Part shown: positions 50,086 through 63,170 of the stretch, piece after piece
How the letters are laid out: each line of letters starts with the position of its first letter
How positions within the stretch are numbered: position 1 is the first letter of the stretch
Assembly (NCBI RefSeq): GCF_036321535.1
Contig: NC_087437.1
Location: 19,160,001 to 19,224,000, forward strand
Direction: 5' to 3'
DNA length: 64,000 nt
DNA from: Camelus dromedarius
Taxonomy: Eukaryota
The notes under the pieces: model-generated
What the model saw: only the letters and a program-made list of their open reading frames with translations
Database searches by the model: none
Told to the model about the DNA's origin: nothing
Made by a program: the position numbers and the translations under genes

Positions 50086-50509
50086 CCAACACTGGTCTCT
50101 TCTCCCAGAAGCCCTCTCTCTTCTCTTACCCTGTTCTCCGTCTGCTCTTACAGTTCTTTCCATTGGTTGCTGCATTGTTGCTGGGGAGCCTAGTGTCTGG
50201 GGCTGGGCCAGGTGGGTTCTCAGCATTTGTCCTCAAGGATCTCAGGTGAGTGAAGAAGGCACACGGGGACAGTGAGCTCTGGTGCCTCGTGCAGAGTGCA
50301 CAGATGATGCCTGGGTGATGTGTTGTTGGGAGACCCCTGCACTAACTGCCCTCACCGTCACCCTGGGAAGGGTCAGTCCTCCTGGCTCTTTCCCAGGGGA
50401 GCTGCAGACTTTGAGCACAGGGAGTCCTGGCTCCTCAAGGGCAGAGGCCCCACCTGCTCCCCTCCGTGCCCTCCTGCTAACACAGCCTGAATCGTGGTGA
50501 GGTTGTTTA

Positions 50510-50885
50510 CACTTTAGAATGCTTTGGACTGCAAGTAGCACAGTCCAACTCACACAACTTTAGTCAATGGGAAGTGTCTTGTTTCATGACAGGAAGCCTG
50601 GAGGTGGGGGGACAGGTCCAGCAGCTCAGTGGTAGTACCAGGGACCCTGGTCTCCTGTCCCTCGGCTCTGCTGTCCTCAGCATGGGTATCATGCTATGGG
50701 CAGTTCCCTGAGATCACAAGTGGCTGCCGGTGTGTGTGTGTGCCACTCTGTTCTCACCCCACAGGAGAGAGACAGAATCAGTTCCCCAGCCATGCCACAT
50801 GTGTCCTTATCCTCAGTCTGACAGGGACAGTGGCCCACTCTGGACCATGAGCAGGTACCAGGGAAATGCCTTGTTCTTATTAGCT
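50510..50885 (-). mobile_element. MLT1K/L-like MaLR LTR
   Basis: agaatgctttggactgcaagta...ccaactca...cagctcagtggt...ccagggacc...ctctgctgtcctcagcatg...cacaagtggctgcc. Confidence 0.6.
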
Positions 50886-50890
50886 TAAGG

Positions 50891-51440
50891 CAGAGGTTTC
50901 CAAACTTTCTCAGTTATACCCCTCTAGGGCCTCAGTAATTTTTCATGGCATCTAAAGCCAACAGGAATACTCATCAGTTCTCCTTACTAACTAATTTGGT
51001 ATAAACAATTTAATAAATATTTTTGTCCTAACAACTTAGTAGCCACTTGAAAAAAAAACACATAAATTGGAAAAAAATATCTTCTTGTATCATTCCTACT
51101 TAACCACAGTTATTTACTAATGGGATGTGTGTGCCTAATGGGCCCTGCACAACTTCTCAAATCCAGAGTCAGATCGGACATCCCAGCCTTTTTTGCTTTT
51201 TAAATGGATTTTTTTGTGCAGTACTTGGCTTTTTATGACAGCAACCATTGAAAAGCTGGCTTTACAAAGAAAGGTATGGTGTTATTGATGTTAAAACTGT
51301 GAAGTACCCTGAGCTGGTAGTTCTCATGATTCCAAAAGATGTCACTGTATTTCCCCTGAAAGTTTCAAATATCACTTGGAGCCACAGTGAGTTCACTGCA
51401 GTACTTTGAGGTGCTTTGGTGTGTGGTTTGGGAACTGTCG
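50891..51440. mobile_element. MER119 (hAT-Charlie) element
   Basis: cagaggtttccaaactttt...ctcagtaatttttcatggc...gtcctaacaacttagtagcc...tactaatgggatgtgtgtgcct...gtttgggaac. Confidence 0.88.
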
Positions 51441-52649
51441 ACTTCGGATGGTTCTCGTGCCTTTTTGGAGCCAGGCATGAGGGAGATGGAACCCTGAGCA
51501 AAACTAGGGTTCTGTTGGGAAAGAGAAAGAGGGGGAGTGGCAGCTGCATAGGTAGCAGGATCCACGGAAGGGAACATTAATGACTGTTACCTGAATGTTG
51601 AATTTCAAGCCAGCAAGAAAGAAGAAATACCTTCTAGCACCTCCTTTCTTATGTTCCCTGCATCAGAGAGAACTTGCTGCAGAAACTTCATTTCCGTTAC
51701 ATAGAATCATTTCACTTGGTTTCTGCTGGTGACTTTAACACATCAGCAACTGCTTGGGGGTTCTTACCGTCTTTTGAGACAGACTGTGAGCCCTTCTCAG
51801 GAAAATGAAGCTCACCTGCTGCTTGGCCCCTAACTCACCTAGTCGTGTCTGGCACATTCTCTGACTGCTCTAAACTGCAGCTTCCGATTGGAATCTGTAA
51901 AAGGCTGAGGATCACTCCCAGCGAGGCTCCGCCACGAGGACATCCTGTCCTGGAGTCAGAGGTTCGTTCCTCTTGCTGCTGAGCAGACTGACTGGGGTAC
52001 TGCAGCCAGGGCCCCTTCCTCCTGAGAGCCCAGCAGCCCCCGAGCCAACCACCTACTCCCCTAGGAGGTCCTGACTGGGCCCGGTGGCTGGATGCTGGGC
52101 TTGGGGCTGGCCCCTGATGATAAGGCATGTTTCTGATCATGGCTCTTTCTCTCCATCTTCGGCCCACAGAGATGACTCTGTCCTCATCTCTGTGCCACCC
52201 TCCATCACCTAGATCTAAGGATCTGGCTTCTGACTCACCAAAGCCCCAAGAAAACGTCTGCCGGCTGAGTCAGCCGGGCCTCCCTGAGCCCCCAGGTACT
52301 GTCTGCCGCACAGGCTTATCAGAGGCCAGCGTCCTTGTTCCCTCGGAGTGAGTTCAGACAATCTCTTTCCGGAGATTATGTTCCCAAGCCTCCTGGAGGC
52401 CTGGGCTTTGATAACCACCTGGTGTAGCGGCCTTCAACTCCCCTCCCAGGGAAGCGTCGTGTTTCAGGGTGGCCTGCCCGCCTGAGGGGCGCAGCACCGT
52501 CAGACCTCTGGTCCGACAGATGGGGAAGGCAACGCCAGGTAACCGCACCGCTGCGGGCTGGGAATACCTGTCTCTCTCCATACTGCTTGTGTCAACCTTA
52601 GAGGATCCCCTTCAGTCGTGTTCGTGTTTGCAAATTCAATAGCATCAAA

Positions 52650-52890
52650 TCCTTCATGTAGTATTTATTTTGTGCCGGGCACTTTTTTTTTTTCAATATA
52701 TAGTTACGTTCAATCTTCATAAGACCGTGATACATAATTTAATTTCCTTCCTTCCCATTTTACAGATTATAGGATTGAGGTTTAAGCTAGTAAATAACTT
52801 ACCCAAGATCATGCGGCTGGCAAGTGGCAAAGGTGGGATATGAGCCAAGGCAACTCGACACCCCAGTCCAGACCCCCAACTCCTATACTG
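52650..52890 (-). mobile_element. MIR SINE
   Basis: tgtgccgggcact...cccattttacagat...aaataacttacccaagatcatgcggctggcaagtggc. Confidence 0.75.
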
Positions 52891-53259
52891 CCCCCTGTGC
52901 CTCAGGCTGGGGGCCTCGGGGACCATCCCATTCAGGGGCCCTGGTCGACCAATGAAGACCCTCCAGCCTGCGTTCCCCCAGCTCCCTGGTGACAGGAAGG
53001 TTCTGGAACCTGCTGTTCTTATCTCATGGACCCTGAGCTCTTCCCAAAGATGTTTCAAGTTCTTTATTTTGTGGGGAAGGTGGCCTTTGGGGGCCTGGGA
53101 GAAGGGAGACTGGTCTTAGAAATCCCAGAATTGATAGTGGTGGCAGGATGACGGGTTCCGAGCAGCAAGGTCTGTGGTTGGGGGGTCCTCTATCACTGGC
53201 ACCAAGCACAGTGTGATGAGGGCTCTGTTTATCAAGTGTAAACCAATTCAGTCCTCTCT

Positions 53260-53715
53260 GAGGCAATTGGGCAACAGAGACCAAGAACCCTAAAAATGTT
53301 CTTACAACTTTACTCAACAGTGCCACTTCTAGGAATCCGTGCAAGGAAATATTTTGGAATGCCGGCAAAGCTTTTCATGTCATTACTTTCGCAATACCAC
53401 AGGGCAAACAAGCAAAGTTTATGCTAGGGGAATGTTCCTACAAACCCTGGCTCAGCCCAGCGAAAGAAGACTGCGCAGCCTCTAAAAATGGTGTTCACAA
53501 AGAGAGTTTGGTGAAATGAGAAAAATCTTGCTGATATGAGGTTAAACCCAAAGCAGGGGTAGTGGGAGCTAGGTAGAAAAGCAGAATGATAAATACTTTA
53601 GGCTTTTAATTGTATTTTAAAAAATGAACAGGGGGGAAAAAAAGACTGGAAGGAAAAATCCCGTAATGTCGGTTGCCTCCCTCCGCACTTCTCTGTTTGC
53701 ACAATCTTCTACAGA
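53260..53715 (+). mobile_element. Ancient L1MC/L1ME 3' fragment
   Basis: ccacttctaggaatccgtgcaaggaaata...gcagcctctaaaaat...aaagactggaaggaaa. Confidence 0.6.
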
Positions 53716-55279
53716 TTTAGCCCTTCCTATGTAGTTGGAAGAAACCAACCAACCAACCCACTACAATAAATAAAAGTGAACATTCCTGGGGCTGGTGATT
53801 CTCCAGACTGGGAGGACAGGGGAAGCCCCAGCCCCTCCACTCCCACAGGCCCAGGAGGGGAGGGCTCAGGGACTGCCAGGGGTGCTGACGTGCCCAACTG
53901 ACTGGGAAGACTCGCTGCCCAGGTGGGCTCCAACCCACTTCCCCACTGGAGGGAGGCATGTATAAGTGGGTGGGGCATGGGGCACTACTTTTCTGGTGGT
54001 TACTTTTCCACACAGCCAGCTGAGCCGACTTTGCTCAGGGAGGGCCCGGCCCCTCCAGGCCTCCTAGTTGACTCCCCGAAGAAGGAGCAGGCCCACCAGG
54101 AGTGTGACCCTGCTGGCCAAGAGTTCATCCTTCCCTTTGTTCTCCCTGCAAAGCCAAACAAAATCTGTTGCCGGGAAAGTGCTACACTGAGCGGGTAGGA
54201 AAAAGCAGAGCCTCCAGGCTAGAAGCGGTCAGAGTTCAGGTCCAGGTTTGACATCCACTGGGATGGTGGAGGGTTAGAAGAAACCTCTTCGTGGTCCAGG
54301 ACACTTGGCAGGGTCCAGAGCGCCAGGCTTTGGTGGGTCCATCAGATCCAGGCCACAACTCCCCCTTGACACCTGCCTCCAGTGGGGCTGGGAGTCCAGA
54401 TGGCTTATACCCCAGGCAGGCCACTGGCTTGGGGAGTGAGAGGAGGACCAAGTCTGCATACAGGATTGTGGCTCCCAGCCAAGTGAGCTCCAGAAGGGCC
54501 CAGCTGCATCAGCAAGAATGGTAGTGCCCATCTATTGAGCACTTGTCTTGCTGTGGTGGGCCCTGCCCCAACAGCTACTCAGATTTCCACCCAGATGTCA
54601 GTAGGATGAACAGTTGGAGCCACATGGGGCCCACCTCAGCCCTCGGCCTGCTGCCTGGGGGAACTGACCATGAAAAGTGGGACAGGGCGGAGAGGAGGGG
54701 TTGGCCCCCTAGGAGCCAGCTGAGTGACAGCCTCCATGTTGATAGGTTGACAGTGAGGCTTCTCCAGGTGGAAACCTGAGTTCTCCATGGTCCTCCTCTG
54801 TTCCTGGATTCTGTGTTGGGCTCACTCCTGAGCCTCCTCTCCACTCACCCACAGACACATGGGGCAGAGTTGGGTCTCTGGCACCAGAGCTGTGCAGATG
54901 TGCATGTGGGCCTCATGCTGGCTCCCTGCTCACCCTGGCTGCCTTGGCCTCTGTGCTGGAGTCTGCCTCACCCCCAGGAGTGGTCTCAGGTTTCCTTTGC
55001 TGGCTCTCATCAGGACTTCTCCCTCTCCATGGTGGCTGCACTGGCCCCACTAAGCTATGCTTGGCATGTGTGTGGTCACAGGGGACAGTTTTGGAGTTAC
55101 TTGGCACTGTTTGTTTTGGTTTTGGGTTTTGTTTGTTTGTTACTGTTTCTTCATAATGCTTAGATCAGACAGAGATGTGGTTATTCAAAAAAAGTAAGGA
55201 ATGTTGGCTGTGAATGACATGAAAACTCATGGGGCAATGAAAACACTCAGAGCAATGTTTCAGTCCTTCCACCTCTTTT

Positions 55280-55520
55280 ATAATAGTACCTACTGTTTGC
55301 TGAGTGCTTACTGTGTGTGCTGCTCCTTCCTCCTCATATTTTCACTAATCCCAGGATGACCCTATGAAGTAGGTATTCTTCATTCATTCCTCCACTCTTG
55401 ACTGAGATATTACTATATGCCAGACATTCTTACCACCTCTGTTCTAAGTTGCAGTGACTGAGACTCAGAGAGGTTGAGTAACTTACCTAAGGGCTCAAGG
55501 CAAAGAGTGATAAGAGGTGA
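55280..55520 (-). mobile_element. MIR SINE (interrupted)
   Basis: tgctgagtgcttactgtgtg...accctatgaagtaggta...actgagactcagagaggttgagtaacttacctaagg. Confidence 0.75.
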
Positions 55521-55736
55521 GGAAGGACAGGTGGAAGTGGGTCCAGACCCAGGGAGGGCTGTGTGTGTGTCAGACCAATGAGTTTGGGAATTGCTACTGA
55601 GAATGGGGCCCTCAGGATCATGACAGAGTAAGTGGGGTGTGTGTCTGTGTGATGATATATTGAGAAGGGACCTGGATCTGGAAGGGAGCCCTGGTTCATT
55701 TTATGGGTTCCCCAGATTTTCATTCAACAGAACAAG

Positions 55737-56218
55737 TGAGAGAGGCTGGGAACTGGGACCTGGGACCTGGGACCTGGGACCCTTTACTGCAGTGCTTGCA
55801 CCTGGACGAATGTCTCCTCGAGCAACAGAATACAAAGAAACTATAAGGGACTAAAAATAATAACTGTGTACATGCACAGTTGGGGCAAATCATGAAGATA
55901 CAAAAAGGGCAAAACCCAGCTGCCACTTCTGAGGTGTCCGGAGCAAAAGCAAGGACTACACATGATCCCTGCACACAGCACCACCAAGGGGGTGGGCCAC
56001 CACTTAAGCCACCCCTCCAGCCCCAACCCACTGCTCTGCCCCTACCCTCACCCCATTTAAGGGATGGTGCTTGCTCTCCCTTGGGAGCTCCCCCTTGGGG
56101 ACCGAGTAGGGGAACCTGTTACTTTCTCTCACTCCCTATAAAGCCTTGCCTGAATTCCTTGCCTGGCCTCTTATCAATTCCTATTGATTAAAGAGTCCAA
56201 GAACCCTGGGTGGTAACA
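55737..56218 (+). mobile_element. ERV1-class solo LTR (MER41-like, cetartiodactyl type)
   Basis: TG...CA termini (tgagagagg...ggtaaca) and a near-perfect 4-bp TSD caag/caaa. TATA-like tttaag at ~56056 and a degenerate poly(A) signal tataaagccttgcctg at 56137. Internal (gggacct) tandem. Confidence 0.75.
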
Positions 56219-56659
56219 CAAACACAAAAGGAAGCACTGAGAATATGGGAGCAACTGAGACTGAATTTGGAATCATGAAATTTGTCTTATTGGATTTGAC
56301 TTTCTAAAAAGCTCCCTATGAGACTCAGATTAATCCTAGTCCTCACCCCCCAATTCAGTCCAAGTTTCTTGTGGATACTTACCATGTACTCAGGCCTGGG
56401 CTAGCTGCTCCTGAGTGGAAGCAGGTGTGGTCCCTGCACACAGGGAGTCACAGTCCAGGCAGAGGTGACAAGACCAACCGTTTCCATGTACTGTGGGCAT
56501 GAGTGCTCACAGATGGCTGCACAGAGGAGGTGGCACCTGAATAGGGCAGGAGCTGCACTGTCCCCCCCTTCCCACCTGGGGGGTAATACCTGAAACCGCT
56601 CTCTGATGAAATGCTTGTACTCTTCCAATGACCGTCTATGAAGATTAAGAAGTGGTATC

Positions 56660-56870
56660 ACACAGTGGTCGTATCACTGAGATTAGCCTCCAGGTCAGAG
56701 AGACTCTGATTGTAGCCCTGGCTCAGCCACTTCTCAGTGCTGTGACCTTAGTCACATTGTCTAGACTCCCTGCATCTGATTTTTCTTACCTGTTTAAAGG
56801 AGACAATGAGAATTTCTATTTCTCTCATTGTTGTGAGGATCAAGTGAGATGCAACCCTTGTAAGTTCCAG
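56660..56870 (+). mobile_element. MIR SINE
   Basis: ggctcagccacttctcagtgctgtgaccttag...cctgtttaaaggaga...ttgtgaggatcaagtgagat. Confidence 0.7.
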
Positions 56871-57787
56871 TGTCTCTGTGGATCAGACTCTGTGCAGTCA
56901 CACTTAAGGAAGATCAGTCCAGGAGCCAAAAGTAATTTTAAAAAGTTATTTCAATCTTCATTGCATCCCTTGATGAACATCACTGGAGATCCATTCCATA
57001 GCTCACCAGAATGCTTCCCAAAGTTGCTTTCCTCTTCCCCTCAGTCCTCCCATAACCTGCACCTGCTCCAAAAATCCTCCTTCACCAAAGGGCTTTTCTT
57101 TCTCTCGCCACTGATTACTATCATAATATGCAAGTGGAGGAGGCTCTGAATGCTCATACAGTCATCATCTTTGCCCTGTTACAGAAATAGTGTTTATAAA
57201 ACTCTCAGAGTATGGTCCTTTAAGATCTCAATGGATTCTGTTATTAATAAGAAAATATTAGTAATTATTAGTAACCGCTGTATTAGCACATAGTAATTGT
57301 CCAAAAACTGGACCTCAAAAGCTATAATCAGCTAGTACAAGTTGCACTTACTCTCTTAAAAATATTAACTGAAGATAGTTATTTAAACCTTGAAAACCTT
57401 TTAAAGGAAACTTTCCCCTAATTTTTTTGTTCCATAGGTCTGCTTTCTGAAACCCTATCTGTGAATCAGCAAGGAAATTGCCTCCCCCAGCAGCCTCTCT
57501 AATTTCCTTCACCACTCCCCTGTTTCTGGAGACCAAGCGAGAACCACTGAAACTGTAGGAATAGTTCTGAGGCCTCAGAACCTGGAAGGGATTTCATGGC
57601 CTCTCAGCTTCCAGGATGGAAGGAGGGGCTATGACTCCCTACTGGGGCTTGTTAGAGTTGGTTGGATCTTAACTGTGAATTATGTGAGGACAGAGGAGAG
57701 ATGGATAGTGCAAAACAAGAGTCATTCATCCATTCATTCATTTCATTCATTCACCAGCCCTTCATTTAGCGCCTGTGGGCAACCGAT

Positions 57788-58316
57788 TGTGGCAGAGTGC
57801 ATTCTCCAAACACAGTCACACCTCAGTGTTTATCCCATCCTACGTGCTTTTCTTACAGTTACTCTTTCCACCAAGAAGTGGGCACCTTTGTCTATTCCCA
57901 TGGATGGGTCTGTGTGTGGATGGGTGTGTATGGCCACCTTGATCAACAGAGTATGGCAGAAGTGATGCTATATGACTTCCAATTTTAGGTCATAAAAATG
58001 ATACAGTTTCTTCCTGTCTGTCTCTGTCTCACTCTCCTGGGCTGCTTGCCCTTGGCACGCAGCCACCATGTTGAGAGGAAGCCCAAGCCACACGGAGACG
58101 CCCAGCTGGTCCTCAGTTAACAGGCAGCATCAACCCCCAGCCATGGTGAATGTTCCTTCCAACAGTTTCAGACCCGAGCCGAGGCCCCAGATGCTGTGGA
58201 CAAGATGTCCCTGTTGTGCTAAATTCCTAACTTCCAGAAACCTGGGAGGCAATAAGTTGTTGTTGTGAGTCACTGAGTTTTGGGATAGTTTGTCATGCAG
58301 CATTAGATAGCTAATA
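57788..58316 (+). mobile_element. MLT1G/H-like MaLR solo LTR
   Basis: tgtggcagag...caacagagtatggcagaagtgatgctatatgacttcc...gccaccatgttgagaggaagcccaagc...cactgagttttgggatagtttgtcatgcagca. Confidence 0.85.
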
Positions 58317-61300
58317 TGTAGGTCCTGTGGGGAAGCTGACCCCACAGAGAGGAAGAGGGGTCTCTGGAGAGACCCTCTCCCATGTAGCCAGTGAGCCTGC
58401 TGTTTGGTAAGGTGTGATGGGGGGAAGCACTGAGGAATTGTGTCAGCCTCCCCTGGGACAGTGAGCGTGGGGGTTCTGAAAGGCTTTTTGGAAGAGATGA
58501 CACTTCAGCTTGGTTTGGAAGAGTGAGTAAGAGTTCTTCAGGGGAAGGATGGAAGGTGGTGAGGAGTGTGGGGTGGGGGCACTCCAGGGAGAACCTGGTC
58601 CAGGGGCCGAATCCTTGGGACACGGCTGCCTGGGAGTTGCCTGGCTTTGCTCACTCAGCACATGAGCGACAGATTTCCCTAAGAACTGGCCATCATGTAG
58701 GGCCTCCCATGTGCCAGAGACCCTGGGCCAAAATAGGGGGTGAGGCAGTGGCCCCACAGATAGCAGTGAATTCCCCCTGAGGAGCATCTTTCCTCCCTGG
58801 GCTAGGCCAGCTTCTGAAGGGACTGGAAACCGGTGGTGGTGGAGAGGGTCAGCCGCCGTGGCCAGTGTGGCTGGCCAGCGTTGGGAAGTCTTCAGATTGG
58901 CCCCCACTCAGAGGGAAAAGGTGTTTTTAATGTGAATCGCAGCAGCATCAGTACCTGTAGGTTGAGGCTAACTTGCTGGGGGAGCAAGACCAGGGTCTGA
59001 CTCCCTTCAGATGCTCCCAGCCCGTCCTTATGACTGGGCCACACTGTGTGAACTGCCCTTCTCTGAACATAGCTCCTCCCTGGGGTCCTTGGGTCTTGGC
59101 CTGGGCTCCTCCTTACACCAGGAGTGTCCTTCCTACCATTTTCACCTAATCCCTGGCCTTAGGCATCTCCTCCTGCAAGAAGACCTCAGAGATACTGTAG
59201 GCTCCTCAGGACTCCACAGTCCCCTCCGTCACAACCCTGAGATGTGGTGATGCTTTGGCCTGTTTGCCTGTGTGCCTCCCTTACTTGGCCTAGGGCAGTG
59301 GACGTTAGGGTAGGTGGGCTTGATGTGTCTCCTTGTGGGCGTCTGTATCTTGTGGTTTGGGTCTGTGTCAATAGGTCTGTGTGCTTGTGTGTGTCTGTGA
59401 TTGAGCATCCATGCGTGTCTCACCCTGGATGTGTCCATATGTGTGACTGCGTGCCTGTGTGCATTGCGTGTCTGTGTGGGATGCTCCTTCTGGGCCGAGA
59501 GCAGCGGGTAGAGACAGTCACCACCCAGTCGGGAGCCAGCCAGCTGTGTCTCTTGGCTGCCAGCCTCCAGGACAGCCAGCCCAGCCCAGCAAGATGCTCC
59601 GGGCCCTGTCCTCCAAGTTCTAAGTCATGGCACACACACAGCTGGTGGCGCCACCCTCCCTCTGGCCCCCTGCCCGGGGGGCATGCGTGTGGACGTGGCC
59701 AGCATCTCTGGTCTCCTTATTGCTCAGTAAGGAATGGATTATAATTCCTGGGCAGTCTGCATCTGCAACTAACTTGAGGGAAATAATTGTTGAGCAAGTT
59801 GAAAGAAAAAAATTGTGGCCAGGAACTTCAATCCCTCCAGTCATCCGTGTCATTAAATTAGTCTAATCTAAATCCTCAGAGCCTAATTTATCCGTCTCCA
59901 AGGCCAACCCAAGCCTTACCCTACATGGCTGTCTGCAGCTCCTGTCACAGATCGCCAGCAGAGGCGAGCTCACGGGGGACAGTGGGCAGTGACCTCGTAG
60001 CTGAGGACACACAGAGCCAGTGATGGGCACCAGCCGCACCTCAGGGACCGGGCTGCCCCTCCCTGGGCCTGAGTCTCCCGGCCGCCCCGCCTCATCTGCT
60101 CTCGCCCAGCTCCCAGGGCCTGTTAGAGCTGGGTGGAGGTGAGGCCTGAGTTCCTCCCAAGTTGCCTTAGTGTTGCTCCTGGAAGCTGTGTCTCGTTGAC
60201 ATCAACCAATGGGTGACTAGAAGAAAGAATGAGACATGAATCTGTTATAAAATCCAACTTTTGTAAGGACTGCAAATTCTTGTGCCCATTCAGACACTTA
60301 GCGACTCATTAATTCAGCCATTCCTCCCCTCCTTTACTCGTGCTTGTCTTAGATCCCTCGTGCCGCATTCTCTCTCTGATGTACCTCACTCATCCATGGG
60401 CCCCTTCCTCCCTCCTTTTATCCCACACTTTGGGGAATTGCCTGGGAGATGCTGAGCCCAGTGGCTGCCCAGAAGTGAAGATCCTGGGATGTGCCGCCCC
60501 ACTCAGTGCCCAGGCCAGGCTCCTGAGCTTGCTGCTTTTCCCTTCTCCTTGCCTCTGGTTCCGCACTGGCCCTTCACCGGAGCACCGCTTCCTCTCTCTC
60601 CCTTTTCTGCTGTGGAGGGGGCGTGGGAGCTGATGGCGGGCTGGTGGGCAGGCCTTTGCCGGGGCACATGGGAGGAAAGGTGCCGAACTGACCTGATAAA
60701 TGAACCACTAGGGATGTGTGGCCTGGCCCCCCTCCCCCTTTGATCAAAAGCCTCTGAACCCCTGATGGCATCCCATGGCGTATTCCTCTATTAATCAGAA
60801 AAGCCTTGACAGATGTAAGCAATTTGTCTTTGGAGAAGACAGGAGGGGGGCGAGGGGAGGGAGCCCGCTCCAGCCCCAACCGCGTGGAGAAGATGCTGAG
60901 GGTACTCCTGAAATGGGGGCTGAATTCATGCATACTAAGAAGGCAGGAGAAAGGAGAGCCAGGCAGATCAGAAAGAGGAGCGTTTTCATTTCAAAGCATA
61001 TTTCTTCCTTGATTGAATAGTCTCCCCCACCCCCAACTACCACCACCAAACCACGGATGCTGGAATGAGGCTGAGATCCAGGGGTTAATCCCACCCAGAC
61101 CTCTTCAGGGCTCAGACGCTTGAAGCACTGGGGGCTCAGCGGGTGAGGTTCAGGTGTGGATTCTCTGACAGAACAGCAAGCAGCACTGTCCTAACGCCCT
61201 GTGGCTACTTCATTTCTTGCCTGGGATAATGATAAAATTCAGCTTAAAAACACCACCAAACACTAAACCTGCCATGCAGAAGGTCTGGAGCTGGTGTCTG

Positions 61301-62929
61301 AGATGCAGAGAGGAAGTAGTGTCTACCCTCCAAAGTCCCAGCCTCGACCACCAGGCAGATAAATAACCCAGGGAAGGGTGGGCAGGGGAGGGAGTGCCAG
61401 GTATTGTGCGGACACTGGCAGGAGGGAGTCGCCAACTCAGTGAGAGGGGACCTTTCCCAGAGGAAACAGAGCCTGGGTCTTCAAGGATGAGTAGACGTGC
61501 TCGCACAAGAAAGGTCTTCCCTTCTTCCTTGTTTTGGAGAACTTCTCATCCATCAAGACCCAGCTTGGGCCTCCTCCTCTGTCAGCCTCTTTTCCTCACT
61601 AATTCTTGAGGTCAGAAACTGTGTCTGATTCATCTCTGTGTCCCAGGACCCAGCCTGGGACCAATGCTCCCTGGTATGAGTGGAACAGAGTTGCAGACAG
61701 TGTGAACAGCATGCACAAAGGCTTGGAGGCAGGCACAAATCAGTGTGTGAGTGTACAGAGAACTACAGCCTATGTTTGTATCAGTGGGGCTACATCTAAA
61801 TAGGGAAACTGAAAATGGAATTGCATTTCTCGGTTTTCACTTTGATATCTGGCTCTATCCAAAAGCAGCCTAAAGATCTGATTGCAACTAAGGAGTGTAC
61901 ACAGTCTTATCCTCGTTGTGGTTTAAAAAAAAAAAAAGTACTCCATGAATCTGTTCAGATGCTTCAAACACAGATTTTAAAACTTGCTCTTGCAAGTTTC
62001 AGAGACGAGAGCCACAGCCAATGTTTTGATCGTTTGCCTCCTTCTCCTTCCAATAAACACCTAACATACTTTGCCAAGCTTTCTGTGGTCGGGATTTACA
62101 GATCTGTGACTCACCCAAGTGAGCCAGGGAACATGAAAAGATGTCGCTGGGGAGAAATATGCAGGGAAGGATGAGAGAGGTCAGCGCCTCCACCAAGCAG
62201 GACAGACTCCCACAGCTTTTCCTAATAAACAAGTTTCCAGGGCCCTTTGAATTCTTCCGGAGAGGAGAGGAACGTTAGCATTCACATGAAGAGGAGGAAC
62301 ATCCCTGACAGTGACCACGTGGGCCCGGATCCTCAGAGAGGGGGTTAAATCTCGGGCAGGAAGCAGAACCAGGGGGCAGGCTGGTACTGGAGTGGTGGTT
62401 GCTGACAACCATCATTGAGCACCTGCTGTTTGCCTGTCCCATAAAGGAGGTGGATTGTCTTGTCTCACGTCATGAAGCCACTCAGTGGGGACCTGGGATC
62501 ACGGCTGGGTTTGTTGGTTCCAGAGTCTGTTGTTCTGAATTGCCCTGTGTTTTGGGCAGTGTGGGTGTTTCAATGGGGCTGCAACCTATGGCCCGAGCTG
62601 CTTCTTGGTACAGATCGCTGCTCCTTGTCACACACCCAAGGATGCTCACTGCTATGGAGTCCTCAGACTAGCTGCAAAGGAGTTTGGGGTAAGAGCATTT
62701 TAAATAGGATTCACTCCAGGCTTGGAGCATCCTGTAAATGCCCTTTAGCCTGCAGGACAAACCCTCTGCCAACTGGGACTGTGTGTGTGTGTAAATTCCG
62801 TTTCCTGTACCCACACTGTTTCCACCAGCCCCTGGAGCCCTCTGCGAGGCCATCTGAGTGCCCACCCCCTCCAGCAGCCCTCTTTGGCCCCTCTGGCCTT
62901 CACTTATTTCTTGTTCTCTGAGGGCATGA

Positions 62930-63170
62930 TGCTGATCATAGAAAGCTGTTCTGCTTATTGTTTGCTTGCCATGTGCCTGCTCTGTGCTCAGCGTTTTATA
63001 CGCATTATCTGGGTTAGTTCTCCCAACCCTGCTCGGAGGTGAGTCCTCTGGTCTTCCTTTCTCAGATGAGGCAGGGGAAGTCCAGGGAGGTTAAGTCATT
63101 TGCTGGAGGCCACACAGCTAGGAAGCGACAGAGCCGGGATGTGAACCCCTCGTCTGTATGGCTCCACCCA
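62930..63170 (-). mobile_element. MIR SINE
   Basis: cagatgaggcagggg...gggaggttaagtcatttgctggaggccacacagctaggaagcgacagagccgggatgtgaaccc. Confidence 0.8.

Noticed and set aside
63030..63045. Strong splice donor GAG|GTGAGT
   Set aside because: Lies within a MIR relic with no convincing upstream acceptor
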